Shown here: piece after piece, positions 41,411 to 51,375 of the stretch
Layout of the letters: each line of letters begins with the position of its first letter
Position numbering within the stretch: the stretch's first letter is position 1
Source: Erysipelotrichaceae bacterium
GTDB lineage: Bacteria > Bacillota_I > Bacilli_A > Erysipelotrichales > Erysipelotrichaceae
NCBI GenBank assembly: GCA_041736705.1
Contig: JBGSTC010000028.1
Coordinates: 20,768 to 84,767 of the forward strand
Direction: 5' to 3'
DNA length: 64,000 nt
Program-made: the position numbers and the translations under genes
The notes under the pieces: generated by a model
Seen by the model: the letters and a program-made list of their open reading frames with translations, nothing else
Databases searched by the model: none
What the model was told of the DNA's origin: nothing

Positions 41411-42745
41411 ATGGGTAAATATTTCGGTACGGACGGGATCCGCGGAAAAGCGAATGAAACACTGCGCGTCGAAACGGCGTTCGCGGTCGGACGCTATCTC
41501 GGATATGCGTTCTCAAAAGAGAAACACGGCAAGATTCTGATCGGGATGGACACGCGTCTTTCCTCGAGCATGTTTGAAGCGGCGTTGGCGGCCGGTGCGA
41601 GCGCATCGGGTGCGGATGTCTATTGCCTTAAGGTCGTTCCGACCCCGGCGGTCGCCTATCTCACCGGCTTGGACGACTTCGACTGCGGGGTCATGATTTC
41701 CGCCAGCCACAACCCGTTCTATGACAACGGCATCAAGGTGTTCAATCACCAAGGGGTCAAGATCAGCAACGCTCTGGAAGCGGAGATCGAAGCCTTCATC
41801 GACCACAAGGTCGACATTCCTTATGCGGAGGATGAGAAGATCGGACGGGTGTTCGATTATCGCGAAGGGCTCAAACGCTATACGGACCATCTCAAATCGT
41901 TGTTTACCATGGACTTGAGCGAGATGACCCTCGCCTTGGATACGGCCAACGGGTCGGCGACGACGAGCGCCTACGACGTTTTGACTTCCTTCGGTGCAAA
42001 TTGCATTCTCATCCATAACCAACCCGACGGCGTCAACATCAACACCCACTGCGGATCCACCCACCCCCAATCGCTCCAAGCCTTGGTGAAGGGCGTAAAA
42101 GCGAACTTAGGATTGGCGTTCGACGGCGATGCGGATCGTTTGATCGCGGTCGACGAAGAAGGGAACCTGGTGGACGGGGATAAGATCATCTACGCCTGCG
42201 GCGTCCATATGAAGGAACAAGGACTCTTGGTCAAAAACAAAGTCGTGACTACCGTCATGGCGAACCTCGGGTGCTATAAGGCGCTGGAGCGCGCCGGGAT
42301 CGACTATGAACAGACCCAGGTCGGCGACAAGTACGTTTATGAATGTATGGTGCAAAACGACTATCAGTTGGGCGGCGAACAATCCGGCCACATCATCTTC
42401 AAGCAACACGCCACCACCGGGGACGGTCTACTGACGGCGTTGAAGCTTCTGGAAGTCATGAGCGCGAAGAAACAAACGATCTCTAAGATCACCGAAGACC
42501 TGTACATTTATCCGCAACTCCTTAAAAACGTGAGAGTGAAGGATAAGCAGAAAGCTCTGCACGACCAAGACTTACTGGAAATGACGAAGAAGATCCAGGA
42601 AGAACTCGGGGATGAAGGCAGAATCCTGGTTCGACCCTCCGGGACCGAACCGCTGGTACGCGTCATGGTCGAAGCCAAAACCGACGAACTTTGTGTGAAA
42701 TATGTCGGACAATGCGTCGAGTTGATTCAAAACAAAGGAATCTAA
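41411..42745 (+). CDS. glmM: Phosphoglucosamine mutase
   Basis: MGKYFGTDGIRG… and the active-site motif SASHNP. About 445 aa. Confidence 0.9.
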   Translation: MGKYFGTDGIRGKANETLRVETAFAVGRYLGYAFSKEKHGKILIGMDTRLSSSMFEAALAAGASASGADVYCLKVVPTPAVAYLTGLDDFDCGVMISASHNPFYDNGIKVFNHQGVKISNALEAEIEAFIDHKVDIPYAEDEKIGRVFDYREGLKRYTDHLKSLFTMDLSEMTLALDTANGSATTSAYDVLTSFGANCILIHNQPDGVNINTHCGSTHPQSLQALVKGVKANLGLAFDGDADRLIAVDEEGNLVDGDKIIYACGVHMKEQGLLVKNKVVTTVMANLGCYKALERAGIDYEQTQVGDKYVYECMVQNDYQLGGEQSGHIIFKQHATTGDGLLTALKLLEVMSAKKQTISKITEDLYIYPQLLKNVRVKDKQKALHDQDLLEMTKKIQEELGDEGRILVRPSGTEPLVRVMVEAKTDELCVKYVGQCVELIQNKGI

Positions 42746-42770
42746 AAACAGTTCTCGCGAACTGTTTTTT
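42745..42770. terminator. Bidirectional terminator between glmM (+) and the esterase gene (-)
   Basis: Hairpin aaaaacagttctcgcgaactgtttttt. Confidence 0.75.
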
Positions 42771-43599
42771 ACTGAAAGGATCCGGTCAGGGCGGATGCGA
42801 AACGCATCTGCCAGTACTTCTCATCATGTGTATGCCCTTCAAACACAAGAAACTTCAGGTGGTTTTCGTCGAAGCCGACGATACGCAAGGTTTCAACCAC
42901 CCTGCGGTTGGTTTCCACATAGATCTCGGGGAAATCCGGGCGATTCGCATTGCTAGTCTCGTTTGTCCCGATGTCCATGTAGATCGTCATGGATTCATCG
43001 GCGCCACTGTGAACGATGTGTGTCTTCATCGCCTCTTCATTGAACCAAAACGCCCCGGAGAAACAAAGGACATGTCCGAAAATGTCGGGTCGTGATAGTC
43101 CTGCCGCAAGACTGATGTAGCCTCCCATCGAACTGCCGCCGATCCAGGTATCTTTTTTATCGGGCCGTGTGTTGAAGTGTTCGTCGATGTACGGTTTCAA
43201 GGTGTCGCAGAGGAAATCGATGTATTGAAAGCCGCGACCTCCAAGTTGACCAGTCTGAAGTGAAGACATGCGCTCGATGTCAAGCAACCTCTCCAGATCC
43301 TTCCCCGGCCAAGGGGAGTATTCACTGAAACGTTCCATCCCGCCATTGTCGATCCCGACCACGATCATTCCTTCGAATCCATTTCTCATCAGTTCCTCCA
43401 GTTCAAGATGGACGTTCCAGGGGTTTCCTCCCAGTCCGTTCTTCCCTCCATAGATGTTCTGCGCATCGTGCATATAGAGGACGGGATATTCCTTTTTGCT
43501 TGTGTCATAACCGGGCGGAAGATAGATACGCAGCGTCCGCTTCCGATCCAATTGGGGAATTACGAAATCATCGATGACTAAAATCGTTCCTTGCATGGT
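42769..43599 (-). CDS. Putative esterase (esterase D / enterochelin-esterase-like alpha/beta hydrolase)
   Basis: Motifs GGSSMGG and RIYLPPGYD…YPVLYMHDAQN are typical of the PF00756 putative-esterase family. Start chosen at the ATG at 43599 with RBS aaggagaa, giving 276 aa. Confidence 0.8.
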   Translation of the reverse strand, partial: TMQGTILVIDDFVIPQLDRKRTLRIYLPPGYDTSKKEYPVLYMHDAQNIYGGKNGLGGNPWNVHLELEELMRNGFEGMIVVGIDNGGMERFSEYSPWPGKDLERLLDIERMSSLQTGQLGGRGFQYIDFLCDTLKPYIDEHFNTRPDKKDTWIGGSSMGGYISLAAGLSRPDIFGHVLCFSGAFWFNEEAMKTHIVHSGADESMTIYMDIGTNETSNANRPDFPEIYVETNRRVVETLRIVGFDENHLKFLVFEGHTHDEKYWQMRFASALTGSFQ

Positions 43600-43722
43600 T
43601 TTCTCCTTAGATTCTCCCTTTATTATAGCGTTTCCCAAGAACCTTTCGTATCCTGACCTTACATTTTTCTTCTTCCTTTTCATTCAGGGGGGATTTTGGT
43701 AAAATGAACGAGAGGTGATATC

Positions 43723-44382
43723 ATGAAGCGCGTCATATGCGTCGTCGAAGATGAGAAAGACTTAAACGAACTCGTGAAACGATATCTTGAAAAAGAAGGG
43801 TATGAAGTCCGATCCTATGTGACCTATGAACAGGCGGCGATGCATTGCAGCGACGACGATGTCCATCTTTGGGTACTCGACATCATGCTAGATGATAAAA
43901 GCGGATTCGATCTGATCGAAGAAATCCGTCATCAGACCCGGGATGTACCCGTGGTTTTCATGTCGGCACGCGATAAGGAATTCGATCGGATCATCGGGTT
44001 GGAAAAGGGAAGCGACGACTACATCACCAAACCTTTCTCACCGAAAGAACTGGTCCTGCGCATCAACAACATCATGCGCCGTACATACAAGGACACGGTC
44101 GAGAAGATCAAGGTCGACGGATATGAGATCGACGAGGAACAACGCAAAGTGTTCAAGGCGACGGAAGAACTGGAACTCACGACCAAGGAATTCGATTTAC
44201 TAATGTTGTTCGTACGGAACCGCGCAACCGCGTTCAGCCGCGAACAGATATTGAAACGGGTTTGGGAAGTCAACTATTACGGCAGCGACCGCGTGGTCGA
44301 CGATACCTTGCGCAGATTACGTCGTAAAATGCCGGATTTGAACATCCATACGATCTATGGATTCGGGTATCGCCTCGGATGA
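43723..44382 (+). CDS. OmpR-family two-component response regulator
   Basis: Receiver domain (VVEDEKDL…LDIMLDDKSGFDL) plus a trans_reg_C winged helix. Confidence 0.9.
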   Translation: MKRVICVVEDEKDLNELVKRYLEKEGYEVRSYVTYEQAAMHCSDDDVHLWVLDIMLDDKSGFDLIEEIRHQTRDVPVVFMSARDKEFDRIIGLEKGSDDYITKPFSPKELVLRINNIMRRTYKDTVEKIKVDGYEIDEEQRKVFKATEELELTTKEFDLLMLFVRNRATAFSREQILKRVWEVNYYGSDRVVDDTLRRLRRKMPDLNIHTIYGFGYRLG

Positions 44383-45761
44383 TGAAAAATCTTCGTAATT
44401 TCGTACGCGATCTTTCGCTCACCCAACAATTGATGAGCGTGGTTTTGTCGTTCATCTTCCTCTTCAGTCTGTTCGTCATGTTGTTCTTGTCGGGCAACAT
44501 CACCGAATTCGTAAAGCAACAGATGTTTGGCATATTGCACCAGACCCAAGCCAACGTCATCTATAACTACCGCATGAACCTGCAGGGGAATGCGCTCTAT
44601 GGCGCCAACGACCCCAATATCGTGCATGTCATCTTCTTCACCGACGATACGCGTGCACCACTTACCAATTCGACGACCACCTTGGCGAGCGAACTGATGA
44701 GTGAACTGGAAGCCGCATCGAAGCTATCCACTTCCATCCCGCAGGACTATGTCGCCCAATCTTCCCCTGAAAACATGTACTATTCCTCTACGCGCATCAA
44801 TTCGGACGCAGTCGTGGTCAGCATCATCGGGAATTCCTACACCAATCAATTCAAAGCCGCCCTTTTCAATTCCGTTATCAACATCATGTTGATCGTCGTG
44901 AGCGTCATCTTCATCTTGCTGTTGACCTGGGTCGGATATCTGATCCATCCGTTGAATCAGATCCGAGTCTACATCGAAAAAGTCCGACGGGGCGAAAACC
45001 CTGAATTGAAGGTGGACCGTCATGATGAAATCGGGGCGCTGGCGACCGCGCTTGTGCGAATGAACGAAGAAATCAAACGCCAGGAACAACTCAAGGAAGA
45101 AATGGTGCAGAATATCTCGCATGACTTGAAGACGCCGATCGCGACCATCAAGTCGTATGGCGAAAGCATCAAAGACGGTGTCTATCCCTATGAAACCCTG
45201 GAAAAAAGCGTCGATGTCATCATCGAACACGCCAATCGGTTGGAGAAGAAAGTCCATAGCCTGCTGTTACTGAACCGCATGGGGTATCTGGCTTCCGAAG
45301 ACAAACTCGAAAGCAAGGTCGACATGCGCGAAATCGTGGAGAAGGCGATCCAATCCTTGAAGGTCGTACGGCCTGAAATCAAACTTCATACCGACCTTTC
45401 CTATTGTTTCTATCCGGGAAGCGAAGAACCGTGGCGCGTGGTCATCGAGAATCTATTGGAAAACGCGTTGCGCTATGCGCGAAGCGAAGTCCTGCTTCAA
45501 CTCTCCCCAAGCGAATGTTCGGTGTATAACGACGGTCCCCGGATTACGGACGATCGCTTGGAAAGCATCTTCAAACCGTATGAAAAAGGGACCGACGGTC
45601 AGTTCGGACTCGGATTGACCATCGTCCACCGTGTCGTCAGCGCCTATGGGTTTTCGATTCATGCGCAAAACATGGATGACGGCGTACGCTTCGTCATCCG
45701 TCCCAAACCAGAAACCAAGAAAAAGAAAGCCGACGAGAAGTCCGACGTCGGGAATCCGTGA
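44379..45761 (+). CDS. Sensor histidine kinase
   Basis: Two TM helices, HAMP, H-box (SHDLKTPIATIKSYGE) and HATPase_c N/G boxes. Start overlaps the response-regulator stop. Confidence 0.85.
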   Translation: MMKNLRNFVRDLSLTQQLMSVVLSFIFLFSLFVMLFLSGNITEFVKQQMFGILHQTQANVIYNYRMNLQGNALYGANDPNIVHVIFFTDDTRAPLTNSTTTLASELMSELEAASKLSTSIPQDYVAQSSPENMYYSSTRINSDAVVVSIIGNSYTNQFKAALFNSVINIMLIVVSVIFILLLTWVGYLIHPLNQIRVYIEKVRRGENPELKVDRHDEIGALATALVRMNEEIKRQEQLKEEMVQNISHDLKTPIATIKSYGESIKDGVYPYETLEKSVDVIIEHANRLEKKVHSLLLLNRMGYLASEDKLESKVDMREIVEKAIQSLKVVRPEIKLHTDLSYCFYPGSEEPWRVVIENLLENALRYARSEVLLQLSPSECSVYNDGPRITDDRLESIFKPYEKGTDGQFGLGLTIVHRVVSAYGFSIHAQNMDDGVRFVIRPKPETKKKKADEKSDVGNP

Positions 45762-45765
45762 AACC

Positions 45766-46527
45766 ATGACAATGTTTAATTACGTTTCGATGAACATCGC
45801 ATATCGACAAGAAGGACAAGGCAGGGATGTCCTTTTCCTGCATGGTTGGGGTCAGAATCAAGAGATGATGGATCCTCTTTACGAACACATGAAAGACCGG
45901 TTTAGGGTTACCAACCTCGATTTTCCGGGATTCGGGAAGAGTTCACTACCTGCCGAACCCTGGGGAGTCGATGACTATACCCGCTTTCTGGAAGATTTCA
46001 TCCGGGAACACGGGATCGTCGAACCGATTATCATCGCCCATTCTTTCGGGGCACGGGTCGCAATCCGCTATGCGGCACGAAATAAAGTCCGCAAGATGAT
46101 TCTCACCGGGGCGGCGGGATTGAAACCCAAACGAGGGTTGGATTACCATCTCAAAGTCAAAACCTATAAAGTGGCGAAACACCTCTTCAAGTTCCCGCTC
46201 CTCAAGCCTTATCAGGAAAACATGCGGAAATTCTTCGGAAGCAGTGATTATCGCAACACCGACGGGGTCATGCGAGCCAGTTTCGTGAAAATCGTCAATG
46301 AAGACCTACAACCTTACTTGAGCCACATCCAATGTCCGGTACTCTTGGTTTGGGGAGAAAAGGACGACGCCACGCCGTTATGGATGGCGAAGGTCATTGA
46401 GAAGGAAATCAAGGATGCGGGATTGGTCGTTTTCGAGAACGACGGGCATTTCGCCTACTGGAATCAAACCGATCGTTTCTTACGGATCGCGGATACGTTT
46501 CTTAGAGAAGATGAGGTAAAACTATGA
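45766..46527 (+). CDS. Alpha/beta hydrolase
   Basis: FLHGWGQN… and AHSFGA nucleophile motif. Start chosen at the ATG at 45766 immediately after the kinase stop; the ORF-track start at 45631 would overlap the kinase. Confidence 0.75.
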   Translation: MTMFNYVSMNIAYRQEGQGRDVLFLHGWGQNQEMMDPLYEHMKDRFRVTNLDFPGFGKSSLPAEPWGVDDYTRFLEDFIREHGIVEPIIIAHSFGARVAIRYAARNKVRKMILTGAAGLKPKRGLDYHLKVKTYKVAKHLFKFPLLKPYQENMRKFFGSSDYRNTDGVMRASFVKIVNEDLQPYLSHIQCPVLLVWGEKDDATPLWMAKVIEKEIKDAGLVVFENDGHFAYWNQTDRFLRIADTFLREDEVKL

Positions 46528-48110
46528 TCGAAGGATTGAAAATCGTCTTGTTGATCGCGTGGATCGCGTTGGTCGTCGTTCCTGCAAAACAAGCTTTGCA
46601 TATGTTTCAGCAAAACCGTTATGAAATCCGACGTTATCTCCCGTGGTTGAAGGGAAGGGCGGACCACATGGCCAAGAACGCCTTTTTGGTCGTCCTCTTC
46701 TATCTTCCCTGGATCTTGCTCGCCTATCTCAAAGAGAACCTGATGACCCGAACATTGACGATCTTATTGATTTTAGGGGTCGCCGCGTTTATGATCCGTC
46801 GCGAATTGAAGATGAAGTACATCAAGGAACTCAACGTCACGGCACGCGTCAAACGTCAGATTCTGGTGCTTGCGATCTTCGACCTGATCCTTCTCTATCC
46901 GTTGGCTCTGGTCGCTTCCTGGCAAGTCGCCGCGATTCTCTCGCCGGTCGTCTTGATGATGAATTGGCTGGTCGTGATCGTCATGGCCGCATTGACTTCG
47001 CCCATTGAAGATCTGGTCAAGGATCATTACATTTCCCTTGCCCGAAATATCCTAAAAAAACATCCTAAACTCATTAAGATCGGGATCACCGGAAGTTATG
47101 GGAAAACCTCCAGCAAAAACATACTGAACGAAATCTTGGGTGAATCCTATTATGTTTTGGCTTCGCCGGCGTCGTTCAATACGCCGATGGGTTTGACCAT
47201 CACGATCCGTGAACAACTAAAGTCCATCCACGATGTCTTCATCGCGGAAATGGGGGCGGACAAAGTCGGCGAGATCGACTTTCTGACCAAGTTCGTTCAA
47301 CCGCAATACGGGATCGTGACTTCCATCGGACCCCAGCATCTCAATACTTTCAAAACCCTTGAAAACATCATCACGGAAAAGATGCGGATGATCGAGAACC
47401 TACCCGTTTCCGGTGTCGGGATCCTCAACAAGGACAACGAGCACATACGCAACTATCCCATACGCAACACCTGCCGGGTTTTATGGTACGGCATCGAGCA
47501 GGAAGACGTCGATTATCGCGCGATCGACCTGCGCTATTCCCCCGAAGGGTCGAAGTTCACCGTCCGCAGTCTTGAAGGGGAATATCCCTTCGAAACGATT
47601 CTGCTTGGACAGCATAACATCGCCAACATCCTTGCTTCCATCGCGTTGGGACGTACCCTGGGCATTTCCTGGGAAAAGTTACAGAAAGCCGTGCGACAGG
47701 TCAACTATGTCGAACACCGGCTGCAGTTGAAGAAAATCAACGGCTATACCTTCATCGACAATGCTTTCAATTCCAATCCGGAAGGGTCGAAAATGTCGCT
47801 TGAAGTATTAAAAGGCATGCCGGGCAGACGCATCGTCGTTACGCCGGGGATGATCGATCTTGGGAAACAAGAGGACGAACTCAACCGTAAATTCGGTACG
47901 TATATGATCGGATGTGCCGACGAAGTGATCTTGGTCGGGAAAAACCAGACCAAGGCGATCCGCGAAGGGCTCAAAGACGTCGGGTTCCCCGAGACAAGCG
48001 TCCACGTGGTCGACACGGTCAAAGAAGCGTTCACGACGGTCTATGCGATCGCAAGCAAAGAGGATACGATCTTACTGGAAAACGATTTACCGGATGCTTT
48101 CAACCGCTGA
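46524..48110 (+). CDS. murF: Mur ligase, MurF-like (UDP-MurNAc-tripeptide–D-Ala-D-Ala ligase), with an N-terminal polytopic membrane region replacing the usual N-terminal domain
   Basis: About 150 aa of hydrophobic helices, then the Mur ligase ATP-binding motif GITGSYGKTS and the middle and C-terminal Mur domains. Start overlaps the upstream stop. Confidence 0.75.
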   Translation: MIEGLKIVLLIAWIALVVVPAKQALHMFQQNRYEIRRYLPWLKGRADHMAKNAFLVVLFYLPWILLAYLKENLMTRTLTILLILGVAAFMIRRELKMKYIKELNVTARVKRQILVLAIFDLILLYPLALVASWQVAAILSPVVLMMNWLVVIVMAALTSPIEDLVKDHYISLARNILKKHPKLIKIGITGSYGKTSSKNILNEILGESYYVLASPASFNTPMGLTITIREQLKSIHDVFIAEMGADKVGEIDFLTKFVQPQYGIVTSIGPQHLNTFKTLENIITEKMRMIENLPVSGVGILNKDNEHIRNYPIRNTCRVLWYGIEQEDVDYRAIDLRYSPEGSKFTVRSLEGEYPFETILLGQHNIANILASIALGRTLGISWEKLQKAVRQVNYVEHRLQLKKINGYTFIDNAFNSNPEGSKMSLEVLKGMPGRRIVVTPGMIDLGKQEDELNRKFGTYMIGCADEVILVGKNQTKAIREGLKDVGFPETSVHVVDTVKEAFTTVYAIASKEDTILLENDLPDAFNR

Positions 48111-48179
48111 GGACTCGGCGGTTTTTTATAGTCCAAACGACGCTTATGGGGTATAATGGAACGGAAGAGAGGCGATGTC

Positions 48180-48779
48180 ATGAACTGGGAACAATTCACA
48201 AGCAAAGTCCTGAGCGTGGCGCGCATCGGGCTTAAATTCAGTACCGATCCCTTCGCACTTGAAAACTACGAAGAGTTGGAGAAACTGGCGATCGAGACCT
48301 TGAAGACCAATGTCGATCCGAATATACAGACCAACATCTACGAGCGGGACATCTATCCCACACCCAACGTCTCCGTCCGTGTGATCGTGTTCAACGATGC
48401 AGGCGAGCTGTTGATGGTGAAGGAGAAAGATTTCTTGACTTGGTCCGTACCGGGCGGATGGTGCGATGTCTTCGAGTCTTCCAGCGAAAGTGGAAGGAAG
48501 GAAGTCCTGCAGGAAACCGGTTATGAAGTGAAGATCGACCGTCTATTGGCCGTTTTACAGCGGGAGAAATACAAAGAGTACCGGACACTCATCAGCGAGT
48601 ATGTCCATTATTATAGTGCGACGATCGTCGGAGGGGAAGCCAGACCCAACCACGAGACCGTCGAAGTGAAGTTCTTCCCGGTGGATCAACTGCCGGAAGC
48701 CTCGCGGAAGTCGAGTATGACCGAGATTCGTAAAGCGTTGGCGGTGTACCGCAAGGAACGCGATGTCGATTTCGATTAG
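48180..48779 (+). CDS. NUDIX hydrolase with an N-terminal NUDIX-associated domain
   Basis: Nudix box region (…GGWCDVFESSSESGRKEVLQETGYEV…). -10 tataat at 48152-48157. Start chosen at the ATG at 48180. Confidence 0.8.
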   Translation: MNWEQFTSKVLSVARIGLKFSTDPFALENYEELEKLAIETLKTNVDPNIQTNIYERDIYPTPNVSVRVIVFNDAGELLMVKEKDFLTWSVPGGWCDVFESSSESGRKEVLQETGYEVKIDRLLAVLQREKYKEYRTLISEYVHYYSATIVGGEARPNHETVEVKFFPVDQLPEASRKSSMTEIRKALAVYRKERDVDFD

Positions 48780-48790
48780 GAGGGTAAACC

Positions 48791-49963
48791 ATGAAACTAA
48801 AAGTCGGAGTCGTGTTCGGAGGATCTTCCGTCGAACATGAAGTCAGTATCATTTCAGCGAGCCAGGCGATGGCGGCGCTCGATCGGGAGAAATACGATGT
48901 CGTCCCGGTCTATCTCAGTAAGCACCATCAGCTTTTTTCATCCGAGAAATTCACGGAAGTCGAAACCTTCCGCGATCTGGATAAAATCGAGAAGAGTTTC
49001 CCCCAGGTCTCGTTGGTCCGTGAAAAGTCCAAATATTTCCTTGTGCCGGTGAAACCTTCGCTCTTTTCAAAGCCGATCGAGATCGACTTGATGATCCCGG
49101 TCGTCCATGGGACGCATTGCGAAGACGGGACCGTCCAAGGCTTGTTTGAAAGCGTCGGGATCCCTTATGCGGGCTGCGATGTCATCGCGGCGGCCGTGGG
49201 TCAAGACAAAGTGGTCATGAAACACATCCTTCAAAACTCGGGCATCCCGATCGTCGATTGGTTCTGGTTCTATCGTTACGAGTTCGAGCGATCGTCCAGC
49301 GAGTTCTTAATACGCGCTAACGCGCTGGGTTTTCCCGTCGTCGTCAAACCGGCCAATCTCGGTTCTTCGGTGGGCATCACCGTCGCCAAGACCGAAGAAG
49401 AATTCATCGTCGCCGTCCGTGAAGCCTCCCGCTACGATGTGAAGATCGTCGTGGAAAAAGCCGTCACGGAACTTCGCGAAGTGAATTGTTCGGTGTTGGG
49501 ATTCGACAGCGAGATGAAAGCCAGCGTGTTGGAGGAAGTCCGCAAAAGCGATGAAATCCTCTCTTATGAAAACAAATATACTTCGGGATCCAAAGGATCC
49601 AGTAAAGGGATGGCTTCCGCGTCCCGCATCGTCCCTGCGCCATTGAATGAACATCAGACGCAGGAAATCCAACACTATGCCATTGAAACCTTTAAAGCTC
49701 TCGGCAGTAGCGGCGTCGCCCGCATCGACTTCCTCCTGGATGAATCCACCCATCGTGTCTATGTCAATGAAATCAACACGATACCGGGTTCTTTGGCGTT
49801 CTATCTATGGGATGCCAGCGGGATGGATTTCACGGCCTTGATGGACCAGTTGGTCAAGCAAGCCGTCGATCGACAACGCATGCGCGAGAAGATGATCTTC
49901 TCGTATGACACCAATCTCCTCGCCTCCTATAAAAAAGGGGTTAAAGGAGCCAAAGGTCGCTAA
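48791..49963 (+). CDS. ddl: D-alanine–D-alanine ligase
   Basis: MKLKVGVVFGGSSVEHEVSIISA… and an ATP-grasp domain. About 390 aa. Confidence 0.9.
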   Translation: MKLKVGVVFGGSSVEHEVSIISASQAMAALDREKYDVVPVYLSKHHQLFSSEKFTEVETFRDLDKIEKSFPQVSLVREKSKYFLVPVKPSLFSKPIEIDLMIPVVHGTHCEDGTVQGLFESVGIPYAGCDVIAAAVGQDKVVMKHILQNSGIPIVDWFWFYRYEFERSSSEFLIRANALGFPVVVKPANLGSSVGITVAKTEEEFIVAVREASRYDVKIVVEKAVTELREVNCSVLGFDSEMKASVLEEVRKSDEILSYENKYTSGSKGSSKGMASASRIVPAPLNEHQTQEIQHYAIETFKALGSSGVARIDFLLDESTHRVYVNEINTIPGSLAFYLWDASGMDFTALMDQLVKQAVDRQRMREKMIFSYDTNLLASYKKGVKGAKGR

Positions 49964-50007
49964 AACGAGGGGAACCTCGTTTTATTTGGCAGGAAAGGAG
50001 AGTACTC

Positions 50008-51360
50008 ATGGAACCGATGAAAGACTATACCCCCCAAGAACTATCTCAACTGCTGCAAACCAGACAATTCAGAACCCTCAGGGAAATCTTCGAAGAATAC
50101 AATATCGTCGACTTGGCTTCTTTGGTCGACAAGATGCCGGTGGATGAAATCACGGCGTTGTTTAAAATCCTCCCCAAAGACAAAGGGGCGGAACTTTTGT
50201 CTTACCTCGACCCCGATATCCTGGAAGACTTGACGAACAATTTCACGGTCGCCCAGATCGGCGGTCTGCTTGAGCATCTCTTTATCGACGACTTGAGCGA
50301 TATTTTGAGCGAACTTCCCGACGAATTGGTCAAGAAGGTTCTTTCCTCCGCCACCCCTGAACAGCGCTCCGACATCAACGCCTTATTAAGCTATAAGGAG
50401 AATTCCTGCGGGTCCATCATGTCGATCGACGTCGTCACGCTGAATGTCGGCGATAGCGTCAAAGAAGCGATGGCCACCATCAAAAAGCAAGGGAAGATGG
50501 CGGAAACCATCAACTGGTGCTATGTCGTCGAACCGAAAGGGAAGTTGATCGGCTATGTTTCCTTGAAAGACATCCTCTTTGCGAAAGACGACGCGATGAT
50601 CGAAGAGTTGATCGATTATGACGTACCCCATGTCAAGACGGAGGACGATCAGGAAAAAGCCGCCAAACTGATTTCGAAATACGACATCACGGCCATCCCG
50701 GTCACCGACTTGGAAGGCATCCTGCTTGGCATCATCACGGTCGACGACGTCTTGGACGTCGTGACGGAAGAAGCCACGGAAGACATCCAGAAAATGGCCG
50801 CCATCATCCCCTTGGAAGACTCCTATGTCGAGACGGGGATTTTCCCGATGTTTAAGTCGCGGATCACCTGGCTGCTCGTCCTCATGATTTCGGCGACCTT
50901 CACGGGATCCATCATCAACGCAAACAACCATCTTTTGGTTCATATCACCTCGTTAGCCATATTCATACCGATGCTGATGGATACGGCGGGCAATGCCGGT
51001 TCGCAATCCAGCACCATGGTCATCCGCGGCATCGTCGTCGACGACATGGGCGTCAAAGATTTCGTCAAGATCCTTTGGAAAGAACTGCGCGTCTCTTTCC
51101 TCGCCGGCGGCGTCTTGTTCGCCGTCAACACCTTACGTATCGGGATATTCATGCCGGAAGTCGGTTGGACCCTTGCCTTGGTCGTCTCGGCCACCGTGTT
51201 CATCGTCATCACCTTGGCCAACCTGGTCGGCGGATTATTGCCGCTTCTCGCCCTTGCGATGAAGCAAGACCCGGCAGCGATGGCATCACCCTTGATTACG
51301 ACCGTCATCGACGCGGTTTCGCTGACCGTCTATTTCATGATCGCCGCCGCGGTCCTGTAG
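50008..51360 (+). CDS. mgtE: Magnesium transporter MgtE (copy 1)
   Basis: N-terminal MgtE_N, two CBS domains and a C-terminal five-TM MgtE domain. RBS aaaggagag. Confidence 0.9.
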   Translation: MEPMKDYTPQELSQLLQTRQFRTLREIFEEYNIVDLASLVDKMPVDEITALFKILPKDKGAELLSYLDPDILEDLTNNFTVAQIGGLLEHLFIDDLSDILSELPDELVKKVLSSATPEQRSDINALLSYKENSCGSIMSIDVVTLNVGDSVKEAMATIKKQGKMAETINWCYVVEPKGKLIGYVSLKDILFAKDDAMIEELIDYDVPHVKTEDDQEKAAKLISKYDITAIPVTDLEGILLGIITVDDVLDVVTEEATEDIQKMAAIIPLEDSYVETGIFPMFKSRITWLLVLMISATFTGSIINANNHLLVHITSLAIFIPMLMDTAGNAGSQSSTMVIRGIVVDDMGVKDFVKILWKELRVSFLAGGVLFAVNTLRIGIFMPEVGWTLALVVSATVFIVITLANLVGGLLPLLALAMKQDPAAMASPLITTVIDAVSLTVYFMIAAAVL

Positions 51361-51375
51361 AACAGGAGGTGTACC

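Noticed and set aside
40827-41606. 259-aa minus-strand ORF spanning the cdaR/glmM junction
   Set aside because: Antisense to conserved cdaR and glmM. Spurious.
49964-50007. M-box (Mg2+) riboswitch upstream of mgtE
   Set aside because: The intergenic region is only about 44 nt and most of it is the ddl terminator, far too short for the ~160-nt M-box.
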